Source: an uncultured Alphaproteobacteria bacterium
GTDB lineage: Bacteria; Pseudomonadota; Alphaproteobacteria; HIMB59; GCA-002718135
Assembly: GCA_902553945.1 (NCBI GenBank)
Contig: CACDMT010000002.1
Location: forward strand, 8,083 to 72,082
Reading direction: 5' to 3'
Length of the DNA: 64,000 nt
This document shows positions 53,054 through 62,217 of this stretch, one piece after another. Made by a program: the position numbers and the translations under genes. Position 1 is the first letter of the stretch; each line of letters starts with the position of its first letter. The notes under the pieces were generated by a model that worked only from the letters and a program-made list of their open reading frames with translations, made no database searches and had not been told where the DNA came from.

Positions 53054-54366
53054 TAATTAATGTATTCATATATTTCAGGTAATTTTTTTATTTCTTTCTC
53101 TGATATGACAAAGCAATCTTTAATTCTATCTTCTAATTTTTTATCATCTTCCATAATCTGAGAGTAAAGAGTTAGTAAAGGTCTTGATGAATCAATTTTA
53201 TCACCAACAGAACAGACATTATCATAACCTACACCATAATTAATTTTATCAGTAACTTGTTTTCTTCCTCCGCCAAGTTCTATTAAGATAAGTCCTAATT
53301 CTCTTGTATGAATTTTTTCAACCCAACCAAAGTTTTGTGCAAATATATCTTTATGTGATGAGTTATTGTTTAAATCTTGTTCGTAAGAAGAGAGAATATT
53401 TTTTGGTCCTCCAAGAGCTGCAACCATCATTTCAAATTTTTCAGCAGCGGATCCATTTGTTATTACTTGATCAATTTTTTTGTGCGCTTCTTCTTTTGAA
53501 ATTTTATACACCATCATTAAAAGTGAAGAGATTAGTTGATTCGTAATATTTTCTAGTCGAGAATCTTTAGTTTCATTTTTTATATATTTTATGCATTCTA
53601 ATATTTCTAAAGTATGACCAGCGCTTTTACCTAAAACTTGATTCATGTCAGTGATTATAGCTTCACATTGAAGTCCTGAACCTTTTGCTACACTTACTAA
53701 AGAATGGGACAGTTCTCTTGATATCTCAATGGTGCTGTTAAAGGATCCATTTCCAACTTTTACATCAAGAACTAAAGACTGAAGACCAGAGGCAATTTTT
53801 TTTGATAAAATAGAAGAGGTAATTAAAGGTAAAGACTCAACTGTTCCCACTACATCTCTTATTGAATATAGTTTTTTATCAGCTGGCGCTAGATTTGATG
53901 TTTGACCAATAATTGCACATCCAACTTCTTTTACTACTTTTTTAAAAGTATCTATATCCGGTTGGGTATTGTATCCTGGTATTGAATCAAATTTGTCAAG
54001 TGTTCCACCGGTATGACCTAGACCTCTTCCAGAAATCATTGGAACATGTAATCCACATGCTGCTAATATTGGTGCCAATACAATACTGGTTTTATCACCA
54101 ACGCCACCTGTTGAATGTTTATCACACACAAGTTCACTATCTACAATGTCTGACCAATTTATTGTATCCCCAGACTTTGTCATTGCTTCAGTTAAGTGAA
54201 CAGTCTCTTCAGGAATCATTCCATTAGAAAATATTGCCATACTCATCGCAGCAATCTGAGCGTCTGAAAAAGATCCATTGGTTAAGCCGTTTACAAATTC
54301 AATAATTTCTTCTTTTGAAAGAACTTTGCTATCTCTTTTTTTTCTAATTATTTCTTGAGGTATCAT
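53053..54366 (-). CDS. deoA: thymidine/pyrimidine-nucleoside phosphorylase
   Basis: 437 aa with DKHSTGGVGDKTS and SGRGLGHTGGTLDK signatures. Confidence 0.9.
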   Translation of the reverse strand: MIPQEIIRKKRDSKVLSKEEIIEFVNGLTNGSFSDAQIAAMSMAIFSNGMIPEETVHLTEAMTKSGDTINWSDIVDSELVCDKHSTGGVGDKTSIVLAPILAACGLHVPMISGRGLGHTGGTLDKFDSIPGYNTQPDIDTFKKVVKEVGCAIIGQTSNLAPADKKLYSIRDVVGTVESLPLITSSILSKKIASGLQSLVLDVKVGNGSFNSTIEISRELSHSLVSVAKGSGLQCEAIITDMNQVLGKSAGHTLEILECIKYIKNETKDSRLENITNQLISSLLMMVYKISKEEAHKKIDQVITNGSAAEKFEMMVAALGGPKNILSSYEQDLNNNSSHKDIFAQNFGWVEKIHTRELGLILIELGGGRKQVTDKINYGVGYDNVCSVGDKIDSSRPLLTLYSQIMEDDKKLEDRIKDCFVISEKEIKKLPEIYEYIN

Positions 54367-55174
54367 CTAATTGAACTTCGCGTATAAACTGTTTAATTAA
54401 ATTTAGTACATTGTTCTCTGCTAAGCTTGCATTTTCTAAAGTTTCTTGATGACTTAATTTTGTTTTATTCATCCCAGCGGCTAAATTAGTGATGACACTA
54501 ATACCAATAACAGGAAGGCTGCAATGATTTGCTACTAAAACTTCTGGCACAGTTGACATTCCAACAGCATTACCTCCAATAACTTTTAAAGCATTAATTT
54601 CAGCTGGTGTTTCAAAGTTTGGCCCTGAATACATGCAATAAATACCTTCATATATTTTTTGATTATTTTTTTTAGCCACATCAATTAATTGACCGCGGTA
54701 AAATTTATGATAGCCATCACTCATATCATGAAAACGAGGGCCATATTCTTCAGCATTATCTCCAATAAGGGGGTTGAAACCACTCCAATTTATGTGATCC
54801 TTAATTGCCATTAGACTCCCAGCGGGCATTTTTTCATCAAGACTTCCAGCAGCATTAGTAACAATAAGAAGCTTACTGCCAATATCTTTTAAAACTCGAA
54901 TAGGTGCAGCAAGACTTTGCGGATTATGACCTTCATAAATATGTGATCTTCCATACATGCAAACTACTTTCAAATTATCAATTTTCCCTAAAACTAATTT
55001 ACCTGCATGTCCTTTAACAGTTGGTTGAGGAAAATCTTCAAGTTCTTCATAAGAAATTGAATTGATAATATCTTTTTCATCAAAGAAGTTTGTTAAGCCA
55101 CTTCCTAATATAACAGCGACATCAGGAGAGTTATTATTTGTTAATTCTAAAAATTTTTTTGAAGAAGGTAGCAT
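54344..55174 (-). CDS. punA: purine nucleoside phosphorylase (trimeric PNP/PunA type)
   Basis: 276 aa with ILGSGL, GRSHIYEG and MSTVPEV motifs. Confidence 0.85.
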   Translation of the reverse strand: MLPSSKKFLELTNNNSPDVAVILGSGLTNFFDEKDIINSISYEELEDFPQPTVKGHAGKLVLGKIDNLKVVCMYGRSHIYEGHNPQSLAAPIRVLKDIGSKLLIVTNAAGSLDEKMPAGSLMAIKDHINWSGFNPLIGDNAEEYGPRFHDMSDGYHKFYRGQLIDVAKKNNQKIYEGIYCMYSGPNFETPAEINALKVIGGNAVGMSTVPEVLVANHCSLPVIGISVITNLAAGMNKTKLSHQETLENASLAENNVLNLIKQFIREVQLDDTSRNN

Positions 55175-55575
55175 TAAAGATTTTCTGGACCAAAAGAGTC
55201 TGGTAATAAATCTTCGAGTGTCGATGTTTTCATATGGCCATTCTCATTACACATATGAATTTTGGTATCTAGTGAGGCAAACTCTCTTATTCTTTGCCTA
55301 CAGCCACCACAAGGTGAGCATAATAAATCACCAGAACCAATAACAACTATTTCCAAAATTTTTTGACTTCCATTTGATATCATATTTCCAATTGCAGTTG
55401 CTTCAGCACACTGAGATTGCGGATAAGCTGCGTTTTCAACATTACATCCGGTAATAATTTTATTATCTTCAGTTAGAAAAGCAGCACCTACTTTAAAATT
55501 TGAATATGGAACATGTGCGAGTTTCCTTACTGAAGAAGCTGCTTTAAATAAACTATCGAAATTTTTAGATATCAT
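55174..55575 (-). CDS. cdd: cytidine deaminase
   Basis: 133 aa with Zn motifs CAEATAI and PCGGCRQ. Confidence 0.9.
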   Translation of the reverse strand: MISKNFDSLFKAASSVRKLAHVPYSNFKVGAAFLTEDNKIITGCNVENAAYPQSQCAEATAIGNMISNGSQKILEIVVIGSGDLLCSPCGGCRQRIREFASLDTKIHMCNENGHMKTSTLEDLLPDSFGPENL

Positions 55576-55626
55576 AATGAATATTTACTTTTATTTAGAT
55601 TAATATTATTTAACTTAATTAATAGT

Positions 55627-56277
55627 ATGAGTAAAATCAATTTGAAAATTTGTGGAATAACAAATAAAGCTTCTGTTATAAGAGCTCATGAGAATAAAGT
55701 TAAAAGTCTTGGATTTGCAAGTAATAATCTTAATGGGCCTAATACGACCAATGATTCAAATATTAAAAAATTAATTAAGGAATGTAATTATTATAAAATT
55801 GAGTCAGTTCTTCTAACAAAATTTTACTCACTAGATGAGATAATAAAGCAAATTGATTTTACAAAACCAAAAACAATCTCTTGTTCCTACCACTTTTCAA
55901 AAGATGAACTAATCAAAATAAAGAAAGTATTTAAAAGGTTAAGAATAGGTATTTCAATTAATCCTGAAAATTTTAATAAAAAATACATTGAGTCAGTTAA
56001 GGATATTATTGATGTAGTTTATTTTGATATGAATGTTTATAAGATAAAAAAAATAAAGAAATATTCACTAAATAAAAGCTTAAAGCAAATTCAATTCATT
56101 AAAGATAAAAATATTCCTATTTATATTGGTGGAGGAATAGACAAGAAAAATGCTTCAATTATTATTAAACAAATAAAACCCTATGGATTAGATATTTCTA
56201 GAAGCTTAAAAGATAATAAAAATCTAATATCTAAAGAAAAATTAAAAGACTTTTTAAATCAAATTTCTGTAGGATAG
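55627..56277 (+). CDS. phosphoribosylanthranilate isomerase (TrpF)-like TIM-barrel protein
   Basis: 216 aa with a TrpF-type start (LKICGITN) and C-terminal IGGGIDKKNA...PYGLDISRSL. It is extremely Lys/Asn/Ile-rich. Its 3' end overlaps folK by 24 nt in convergent orientation. Confidence 0.55.
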   Translation: MSKINLKICGITNKASVIRAHENKVKSLGFASNNLNGPNTTNDSNIKKLIKECNYYKIESVLLTKFYSLDEIIKQIDFTKPKTISCSYHFSKDELIKIKKVFKRLRIGISINPENFNKKYIESVKDIIDVVYFDMNVYKIKKIKKYSLNKSLKQIQFIKDKNIPIYIGGGIDKKNASIIIKQIKPYGLDISRSLKDNKNLISKEKLKDFLNQISVG

Positions 56278-56754
56278 TTTTTTAATAATATAATTTTTTT
56301 CTAATTTAGCTGATAGAGTTTTAATTGATTTTTTTTCTGTTGGATGTTTAAGAAGTGGGTCAATATCTAAAATCGGAATTAAGACAAAATCTCTGTCAAT
56401 TGCTCTTGGATGTGGAATAATTAAGTTATTAAAAGAATATTTATTTTTCCCATAAAAAATTATATCAATATCAATATTTCTTGGACCATTAATTATTCTT
56501 TTATTTTTTTTTAATTTTTTTTCTATTTTATTAATAATATTTATTAACTCTAGTGGCTGTTTATTGGTTTTTAAAAGAATAGCTGTGTTATAAAAATTAT
56601 CTTGATGTTTATATCCATATGGTTCAGAAATATAAACATCAGCTATTTTTGATACATTTCCAATTTTTCTTAATTCTTTTATTGCACTGCTAAGATTAAA
56701 AATGGAATTGCCTAAGTTTGACCCTAAGGCAATAATGGTATCAGTTTGATACAC
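56254..56754 (-). CDS. folK: 2-amino-4-hydroxy-6-hydroxymethyldihydropteridine diphosphokinase
   Basis: 166 aa with the HPPK pattern IIALGSNLGN, GPRNIDIDIIFY and LIIPHPR. Confidence 0.8.
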   Translation of the reverse strand: MYQTDTIIALGSNLGNSIFNLSSAIKELRKIGNVSKIADVYISEPYGYKHQDNFYNTAILLKTNKQPLELINIINKIEKKLKKNKRIINGPRNIDIDIIFYGKNKYSFNNLIIPHPRAIDRDFVLIPILDIDPLLKHPTEKKSIKTLSAKLEKNYIIKKLSYRNLI

Positions 56755-57085
56755 TTACTGACTCAGCTCCATATCTTTTAGCTACAGCTTTTTTATTAAT
56801 AGTAATTTTAACGTCTTTAATATTAAATTTCTTTTCTAAAGATTTAGATACCTCTATTATTAAATGCTCTAAAGTATGCGAATTTGAGTCTTTAATTAAT
56901 TGTTTTAAATATTTGGTAATAGATGAATAGTTTTTAACATTATTTATATCATTTAAATTAAGATAGTTTTTTATAGAATAATTGAATGATATTGTTACTT
57001 TTAAAAGTTGTTTTTGCTTTCTTTCTTTAGCTGTAATTCCTATATTGGCTTTTATAGATAAATTTTTAATTTCTACCTTAAACAT
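56741..57085 (-). CDS. folB: dihydroneopterin aldolase
   Basis: 114 aa. Its size, its position between folP and folK, and the GITAKERKQKQLLKV pattern fit FolB. Confidence 0.65.
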   Translation of the reverse strand: MFKVEIKNLSIKANIGITAKERKQKQLLKVTISFNYSIKNYLNLNDINNVKNYSSITKYLKQLIKDSNSHTLEHLIIEVSKSLEKKFNIKDVKITINKKAVAKRYGAESVSVSN

Positions 57086-57891
57086 AATTTTTCAAATACT
57101 TTTAAAGATTGTGAAGTTTCTTTTACGTCATGCACTCTAAATATATCAACCCCTTTTTGATAACAATATAATGCTGAAGCTATAGATCCACCAAGTCTTT
57201 CGTTAACATCACTTTTGTCAATTGAATTAATCCAGCTTTTTCTTGATGAGCCTAATAATATACCATAACCTTTAAACTTAAACTGATTCATGTTTTGCAT
57301 TAATTCTATATTCTGTTTAAGATTTTTGCCAAACCCTATTCCTGGATCAAACCAGACTTTTGAAGGTGGTATTTTAGAATGTTCTAATTTTTTTATTGTT
57401 TTTTTAAAAATCTTTTTTATGTCGGAAACAACGTTTTCATAAGAATTTATCATCGATTGCATTGTCTTAGGTGGTGCTGGCGTATGCATCAAAATTAGTC
57501 CTGTTTTGAATTTTTTAGTCAAGTCAAAGAGATCTTGGGAACCGCCAAATATATCATTAATTATATGTGCGCCATTATTTAGTGCATATTCTTGCGTTTC
57601 AATTTTATATGAGTCTATAGAAATCATAAATTTATTTTTTGGTAATTTTTTTAGTATTGGTTCAAGTCTTTTAATTTCTTCTTTATAGCTTAATGGATCA
57701 GATCCTGGTCTTGCACTTTCTGCACCAATATCTATTATTTGAGCTCCATTTTTTAACATTTTATTGATGTTATTTAATGCATCTTTTCTTAAGAAACTTT
57801 TTCCGCCATCACTAAATGAGTCTGGTGTTACATTACATATTCCCATAACTAAAGGTCTGTTTATTTTAAAATTATATTTTCCTAATTTCAT
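57073..57891 (-). CDS. folP: dihydropteroate synthase
   Basis: 272 aa with GICNVTPDSFSDGG, IIDIGAESARPG and DPGIGFGK signatures. Confidence 0.9.
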   Translation of the reverse strand: MKLGKYNFKINRPLVMGICNVTPDSFSDGGKSFLRKDALNNINKMLKNGAQIIDIGAESARPGSDPLSYKEEIKRLEPILKKLPKNKFMISIDSYKIETQEYALNNGAHIINDIFGGSQDLFDLTKKFKTGLILMHTPAPPKTMQSMINSYENVVSDIKKIFKKTIKKLEHSKIPPSKVWFDPGIGFGKNLKQNIELMQNMNQFKFKGYGILLGSSRKSWINSIDKSDVNERLGGSIASALYCYQKGVDIFRVHDVKETSQSLKVFEKLCLR

Positions 57892-58643
57892 TTTATTAAA
57901 AGTTTAGAATATTTTTTTGATAAAAAATTATATATGTTCATAGAAGATCTATACCAATTTAATTGTTTAATGGAAGAAATACTCACGACACCTTTACCTG
58001 AGCCTACCAAAAGTATTTCATTAAATTCATCTAAGTCAGAAAGCTTAATATCTTTTTTTTGAACAATATATGGTAATTTTTCTAACAAATACGAGAGAGT
58101 AATTCCATAATAATATGAATTTTTAGGAATAAATAGTTTATTTTTTTTTATACAAATAATATTTGTAGTTGATCCTTCAAGAATTTTATTTTTTTTATAA
58201 AAAAGAATTTCTTCTTTTTTTAAATTAATTTTTTTTTGTAAAGAAATTATCTTTTTATATTTTAAATTTTTAAAAGCTGGCAAAGATCTTTGGTATCTAT
58301 AAATTTTAGCAGTAAAAAATTTATCTTCTTTATTTCTTTTACGTAAAGATATAGATAAAAATTTTTTTGTAATTGCTATTCTTAGTAAATGATCATAGTT
58401 TTTAATTTTAGAATTTTTATTAATAAGATTTATTAAAAATTTTTTTGATATTATAAACTTTATGCCAAAGTAATGTATATCTCTATTAAGTTTTTTTAAA
58501 TGCTCTTCAATTAAAATAAATTTTGGTTTATTTCCAAATAATCTTATAGTTGTAAATATACCCTTATATCCCCAAAGAGGATTAAACTTGATTATTTTTA
58601 AATCTTTAACGTGAAATGATTTTTTTAATAAGATGTTTTCCAT
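57888..58643 (-). CDS. pabC: aminodeoxychorismate lyase-like (class IV aminotransferase fold)
   Basis: 251 aa with the fold-type IV pattern (ILEGSTTNI). Its position between pabA and folP supports the call. The start is uncertain because it overlaps pabA by 38 nt. Confidence 0.55.
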   Translation of the reverse strand: MENILLKKSFHVKDLKIIKFNPLWGYKGIFTTIRLFGNKPKFILIEEHLKKLNRDIHYFGIKFIISKKFLINLINKNSKIKNYDHLLRIAITKKFLSISLRKRNKEDKFFTAKIYRYQRSLPAFKNLKYKKIISLQKKINLKKEEILFYKKNKILEGSTTNIICIKKNKLFIPKNSYYYGITLSYLLEKLPYIVQKKDIKLSDLDEFNEILLVGSGKGVVSISSIKQLNWYRSSMNIYNFLSKKYSKLLIK

Positions 58644-59163
58644 TTGGAGTTAAGAAAGAATCAGGGTGAAATTGAAATCCATAGATTTGATTAATATCAT
58701 CTTCAACAGCCATTGCTACATTTGTTTTTTTACATCGCATCGTAATAAACATAGATTTAGAAAAAAATGGCTCTGCCATTTTTAGTGAGTGATATCTACC
58801 CCCAAGAAATTCTAAATCTTTTTTAAATATTGATTTATTAGTTACTATTTTTATAAGACTTTGATATCCGTGAAGAATATTCTTTTGTTGAACTATTTTT
58901 GCGCCCTCTGAAAAAACTATTTGTTGGAAACCTAAACATATACCAAGAATTTTTTTCTTGCCCCTATACTGTTGATAAATCTTATTAGTCTGAGGATAAT
59001 CTTTAGGTTCTCCAGGGCCAGGGGATAGAACAATGGTTGATGATTTCTCAAGTTTTTCTTTATTAATTTCATAGTAATTAGATACGAAAGTCGGCTCAAT
59101 ATCATCTAATAAATGCGCAAGATTATAAGTAAATGAATCTTCGTGATCGATGAGATAAATCAT
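58606..59163 (-). CDS. pabA: aminodeoxychorismate/anthranilate synthase glutamine amidotransferase component
   Basis: 185 aa class I GATase with the Cys nucleophile in ILGICLGFQ and His in FQFHPDS. Confidence 0.8.
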   Translation of the reverse strand: MIYLIDHEDSFTYNLAHLLDDIEPTFVSNYYEINKEKLEKSSTIVLSPGPGEPKDYPQTNKIYQQYRGKKKILGICLGFQQIVFSEGAKIVQQKNILHGYQSLIKIVTNKSIFKKDLEFLGGRYHSLKMAEPFFSKSMFITMRCKKTNVAMAVEDDINQIYGFQFHPDSFLTPNGKHLIKKIISR

Positions 59164-60368
59164 TAGTCAAACAACTCTAAAAGAGATTTAGCTTTAATAT
59201 AATTTTCGTTATATTCTTTTTTTGCAGTGCTACCTAAAATAACTCCACTAGCAACAGATAAATCGATTTTATTTTTAAAGTTAAGAAGTGTCCTTATCAT
59301 AATATTAAAACGCATATCTCCATTTGCATGTATTATTCCAAAACTTCCTGTATAAATATTTCGATCAGATTTTTCTTTATGATTCAAAAGTTGAATTGTG
59401 CTAATTTTAGGACAACCTATAACAGAGCCACCTGGCATTAATGAAGAAATTATTTCATGATTAGTTATTTTATTTTTTAATGAACCTTTAATAGTTGTAA
59501 CATAGTGAAATAGATCTCTATATTCTTCTACTTTTTTTAATTTTTCTATTTTTACCGACCCTGTTTTACATATTCTTGAAAGATCATTTCTTTCCATATC
59601 AACAATCATATTATGTTCTTTAGTTTCTTTTTCATTTTCTCTAAAAAAAGTTAAAGCTTTTTTTGAAGTGGTAGATTTTGTTTTTCTAAGTGTTCCAGCA
59701 ATAGGCTTGGTTTTTATTAAATTATTTTTTTTTAAAATAAGTGTTTCGGGTGAGCAGCTAATTATATTAAAATTTTTATCTCTAATTAAAAAACTTTCAG
59801 GTGACTCATTCATTTTCATTAATTTCCAAAAAAGATCTACAGCATTGATTGTGCCTTTTTTAGAATAATTTTGAGCAATTTTTATTTGATATGTTTTTCC
59901 TTGTTTTATATTTTTAGAAAAATTATTAAATAATTTAGAATACTGTTTAAGTGTTAAATTAAGATTAAATTTCTTATTTAATAATGAATATTTTTTTTTG
60001 TTTATTTTTATTTTTCTAAAATTGGGTTTTATACTTTGTACCGAAATTTTTTTTCTAATACTAATTTTAGTTAATGGTTGATAAAAAAGTCCACTATAGA
60101 AATTATTAGTTTTTTGCTTTGGTAATTTAATTCCTATATTTTCACATAATAGCTTGTATCCAAAAAATCCTATGTAACAATTTAAACTTTTTGAATTTGA
60201 CTGTTTTTTCTTCGTTTGTGAGTTTAGAAAATATTTTATATTTTTTTTATTAATTAAAAATCTTTTAAAAAAATCCGTATATACGTCAAAACCCTTATTA
60301 GTTTTGTATATAATTAAGGGTTTATCAGAATGATATAGCCTATTTAAATATTCGTTGTTGTTCAGCAC
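59163..60368 (-). CDS. pabB: aminodeoxychorismate synthase component I (chorismate-binding enzyme)
   Basis: 401 aa with C-terminal chorismate-binding motifs (MPGGSVIGCPKISTIQ; RNIYTGSFGII). It heads the pab-fol operon. Confidence 0.7.
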   Translation of the reverse strand: MLNNNEYLNRLYHSDKPLIIYKTNKGFDVYTDFFKRFLINKKNIKYFLNSQTKKKQSNSKSLNCYIGFFGYKLLCENIGIKLPKQKTNNFYSGLFYQPLTKISIRKKISVQSIKPNFRKIKINKKKYSLLNKKFNLNLTLKQYSKLFNNFSKNIKQGKTYQIKIAQNYSKKGTINAVDLFWKLMKMNESPESFLIRDKNFNIISCSPETLILKKNNLIKTKPIAGTLRKTKSTTSKKALTFFRENEKETKEHNMIVDMERNDLSRICKTGSVKIEKLKKVEEYRDLFHYVTTIKGSLKNKITNHEIISSLMPGGSVIGCPKISTIQLLNHKEKSDRNIYTGSFGIIHANGDMRFNIMIRTLLNFKNKIDLSVASGVILGSTAKKEYNENYIKAKSLLELFD

Positions 60369-60396
60369 TTGATTCTATTATAATTATGATACTTAT

Positions 60397-60819
60397 ATGA
60401 AAAGCATTTTTACTAAAATAACCTTTTTTTGTTTATCCGTCACATGGTCATCCTACCTTTATGGTCATGGAACAATCATTTTCCCAAATGTTGAACACGG
60501 AGATGGCTATATTGATGTTAAAATATATGACTCTAAAGAGAGTTTCCTAGATGAAGAACTAGCAATAGAAAGCGTAAGGAAAAAGGCTCAAAAAGGTGAA
60601 GTTGTTGTTCCTTTGAGCAAAATTCATGAAGGAAAAATTGCAATTGTTGCTTACCATGATGAAGATTCAGATGGAAAGCTTAAAACTGGATTATTCTGGA
60701 GACCAAAAGAAGGTTTTGCTTTTAGCAATAATTATCAACCAAAAGGTCCTCCCTCGTTTAAAAAAGCTGCAATAGATTTAGTTCACGGCGAACCCGTGGT
60801 AATAGAACTAAATTATTAA
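60397..60819 (+). CDS. DUF2141-family exported protein
   Basis: 140 aa with a signal peptide. It has the pattern AIVAYHDEDSDGKLKTGLFWRPKEGFAFSNN...GPPSFKKA. Confidence 0.65.
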   Translation: MKSIFTKITFFCLSVTWSSYLYGHGTIIFPNVEHGDGYIDVKIYDSKESFLDEELAIESVRKKAQKGEVVVPLSKIHEGKIAIVAYHDEDSDGKLKTGLFWRPKEGFAFSNNYQPKGPPSFKKAAIDLVHGEPVVIELNY

Positions 60820-60834
60820 TAAAATATAAGATAA

Positions 60835-62217
60835 ATGAAATTACAAATACAAAACACATTAAGTGGGGAAAAAGAAATTTTTACTCCTATTGATCCTTCA
60901 CATGTAAAAATTTATGCATGTGGTCCAACTGTTTATAATTATGCTCATATTGGTAACGCTCGTATGGCTGTTGTTAATGATTTATTAGTTCGTGTTTTAA
61001 AAACTCAATTTAAAAAAGTTACTTATGTTTCAAATATAACCGATATAGATGATAAAATTATAGAAGCTTCTAAAGAAACAGGTGAGGACATTAATGTCAT
61101 CACTTCCAAATATATTGAAATTTATAATAACGATATGGCAGCGCTTGGAGTAAACCTTCCAGATATTCAACCAAGGGCAACTGATCATATAAAAGAAATG
61201 ATTGAGTTAATCCAAAAATTAATTGTTGAAAATAAAGCTTATGAAAAAGACGGTCATGTATTATTTCATGTGCCAAGTTTTGAACAATATGGTGTTTTAT
61301 CTAAAAGAAATAGAGACGAACAAATAGCTGGGAGCCGGGTTGAAGTAGCTCCTTTTAAAAAAGATCCAGCTGATTTTGTGTTATGGAAACCATCACCATC
61401 GCCACTTCCTGGTTGGAAATCACCTTGGGGGTTTGGCAGACCCGGTTGGCATCTAGAATGTTCTGTAATGTCTGAAAAATCACTTGGTTTACCATTTGAT
61501 ATTCATAGTGGAGGCATTGATTTAGTATTTCCACATCATGAAAATGAAATTGCACAAACTTGTTCTATATCAAAAAATAAAGATACTAAAGATTTTGCTG
61601 CTTACTGGTTTCATAATGGTTTTGTTAATGTTGAGGGTGAAAAAATGTCCAAATCAATTGGTAACATTAAATTAGTTCATGAACTTAATAAAAAATACAA
61701 AGGTGAAGTTTTGCGTTTAACATTACTATCAGCACATTATAAACAACCTCTAAACTGGACAGAAGAAATCATTGAACAGAATAGTAAAATGCTTGATCGT
61801 TTATATAGGGTTCTTTTGGAATTATCTGAAATAAATATAGATCCTGGTTTGCCTTCTAATTCTATTTTGGAGGCCTTTTTAGACGACTTAAATACACCAA
61901 AAGTAATTGCTAAACTTAATGAAGAAGCAAATGGTGTCTCATCAGCTTCTGATAGTAAAAAGATTGAAATTAAAAAAAATCTTTTATCAACTGGAAAAAT
62001 TTTAGGAATATTAGAAAATGACCCAGAAAATTGGCTTGGATATAATCAAAATAGTGCTGAGAATAGCGAAGAAATTGAAAGGTTGATAAATGAGCGTAAT
62101 GGAGCTAGACGCAGTAAAAATTTTAGTTTGGCAGATTCTATAAGAGATACATTGAAAGAAAAAGGTATAGAGATAGAGGATACTGATAAGGGAACAATTT
62201 GGCGGAAATCTAGATGA
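60835..62217 (+). CDS. cysS: cysteine--tRNA ligase
   Basis: 460 aa with the HIGH region (YAHIGNAR), KMSKS, and the Zn-binding pattern WHLECS. Confidence 0.95.
   Translation: MKLQIQNTLSGEKEIFTPIDPSHVKIYACGPTVYNYAHIGNARMAVVNDLLVRVLKTQFKKVTYVSNITDIDDKIIEASKETGEDINVITSKYIEIYNNDMAALGVNLPDIQPRATDHIKEMIELIQKLIVENKAYEKDGHVLFHVPSFEQYGVLSKRNRDEQIAGSRVEVAPFKKDPADFVLWKPSPSPLPGWKSPWGFGRPGWHLECSVMSEKSLGLPFDIHSGGIDLVFPHHENEIAQTCSISKNKDTKDFAAYWFHNGFVNVEGEKMSKSIGNIKLVHELNKKYKGEVLRLTLLSAHYKQPLNWTEEIIEQNSKMLDRLYRVLLELSEINIDPGLPSNSILEAFLDDLNTPKVIAKLNEEANGVSSASDSKKIEIKKNLLSTGKILGILENDPENWLGYNQNSAENSEEIERLINERNGARRSKNFSLADSIRDTLKEKGIEIEDTDKGTIWRKSR

Noticed and set aside
599-61555. Short ORFs (60-116 aa) in the supplied track that lie antisense to, or out of frame within, the large genes. 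They are: 599..913, 3601..3783, 5798..6094, 6632..6886, 8778..8975, 9844..10194, 11791..11994, 12350..12544, 15268..15534, 16609..16887, 18724..18936, 20714..20908, 21721..22050, 21846..22028, 23524..23706, 23758..23997, 26459..26644, 26969..27172, 29061..29264, 30120..30365, 31091..31333, 31661..31912, 32185..32415, 34442..34711, 35995..36195, 36202..36396, 37924..38121, 41684..41872, 44527..44721, 46941..47249, 50745..50981, 51331..51531, 51833..52018, 52056..52295, 52671..53018, 53304..53546, 53982..54227, 55062..55343, 57506..57688, 59668..59868 and 61355..61555.
   Set aside because: Each is fully embedded in a longer ORF that carries strong family motifs. Their translations are low-complexity or shadow-frame-like, with no recognisable domains and no RBS context. 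I treat them as shadow ORFs.
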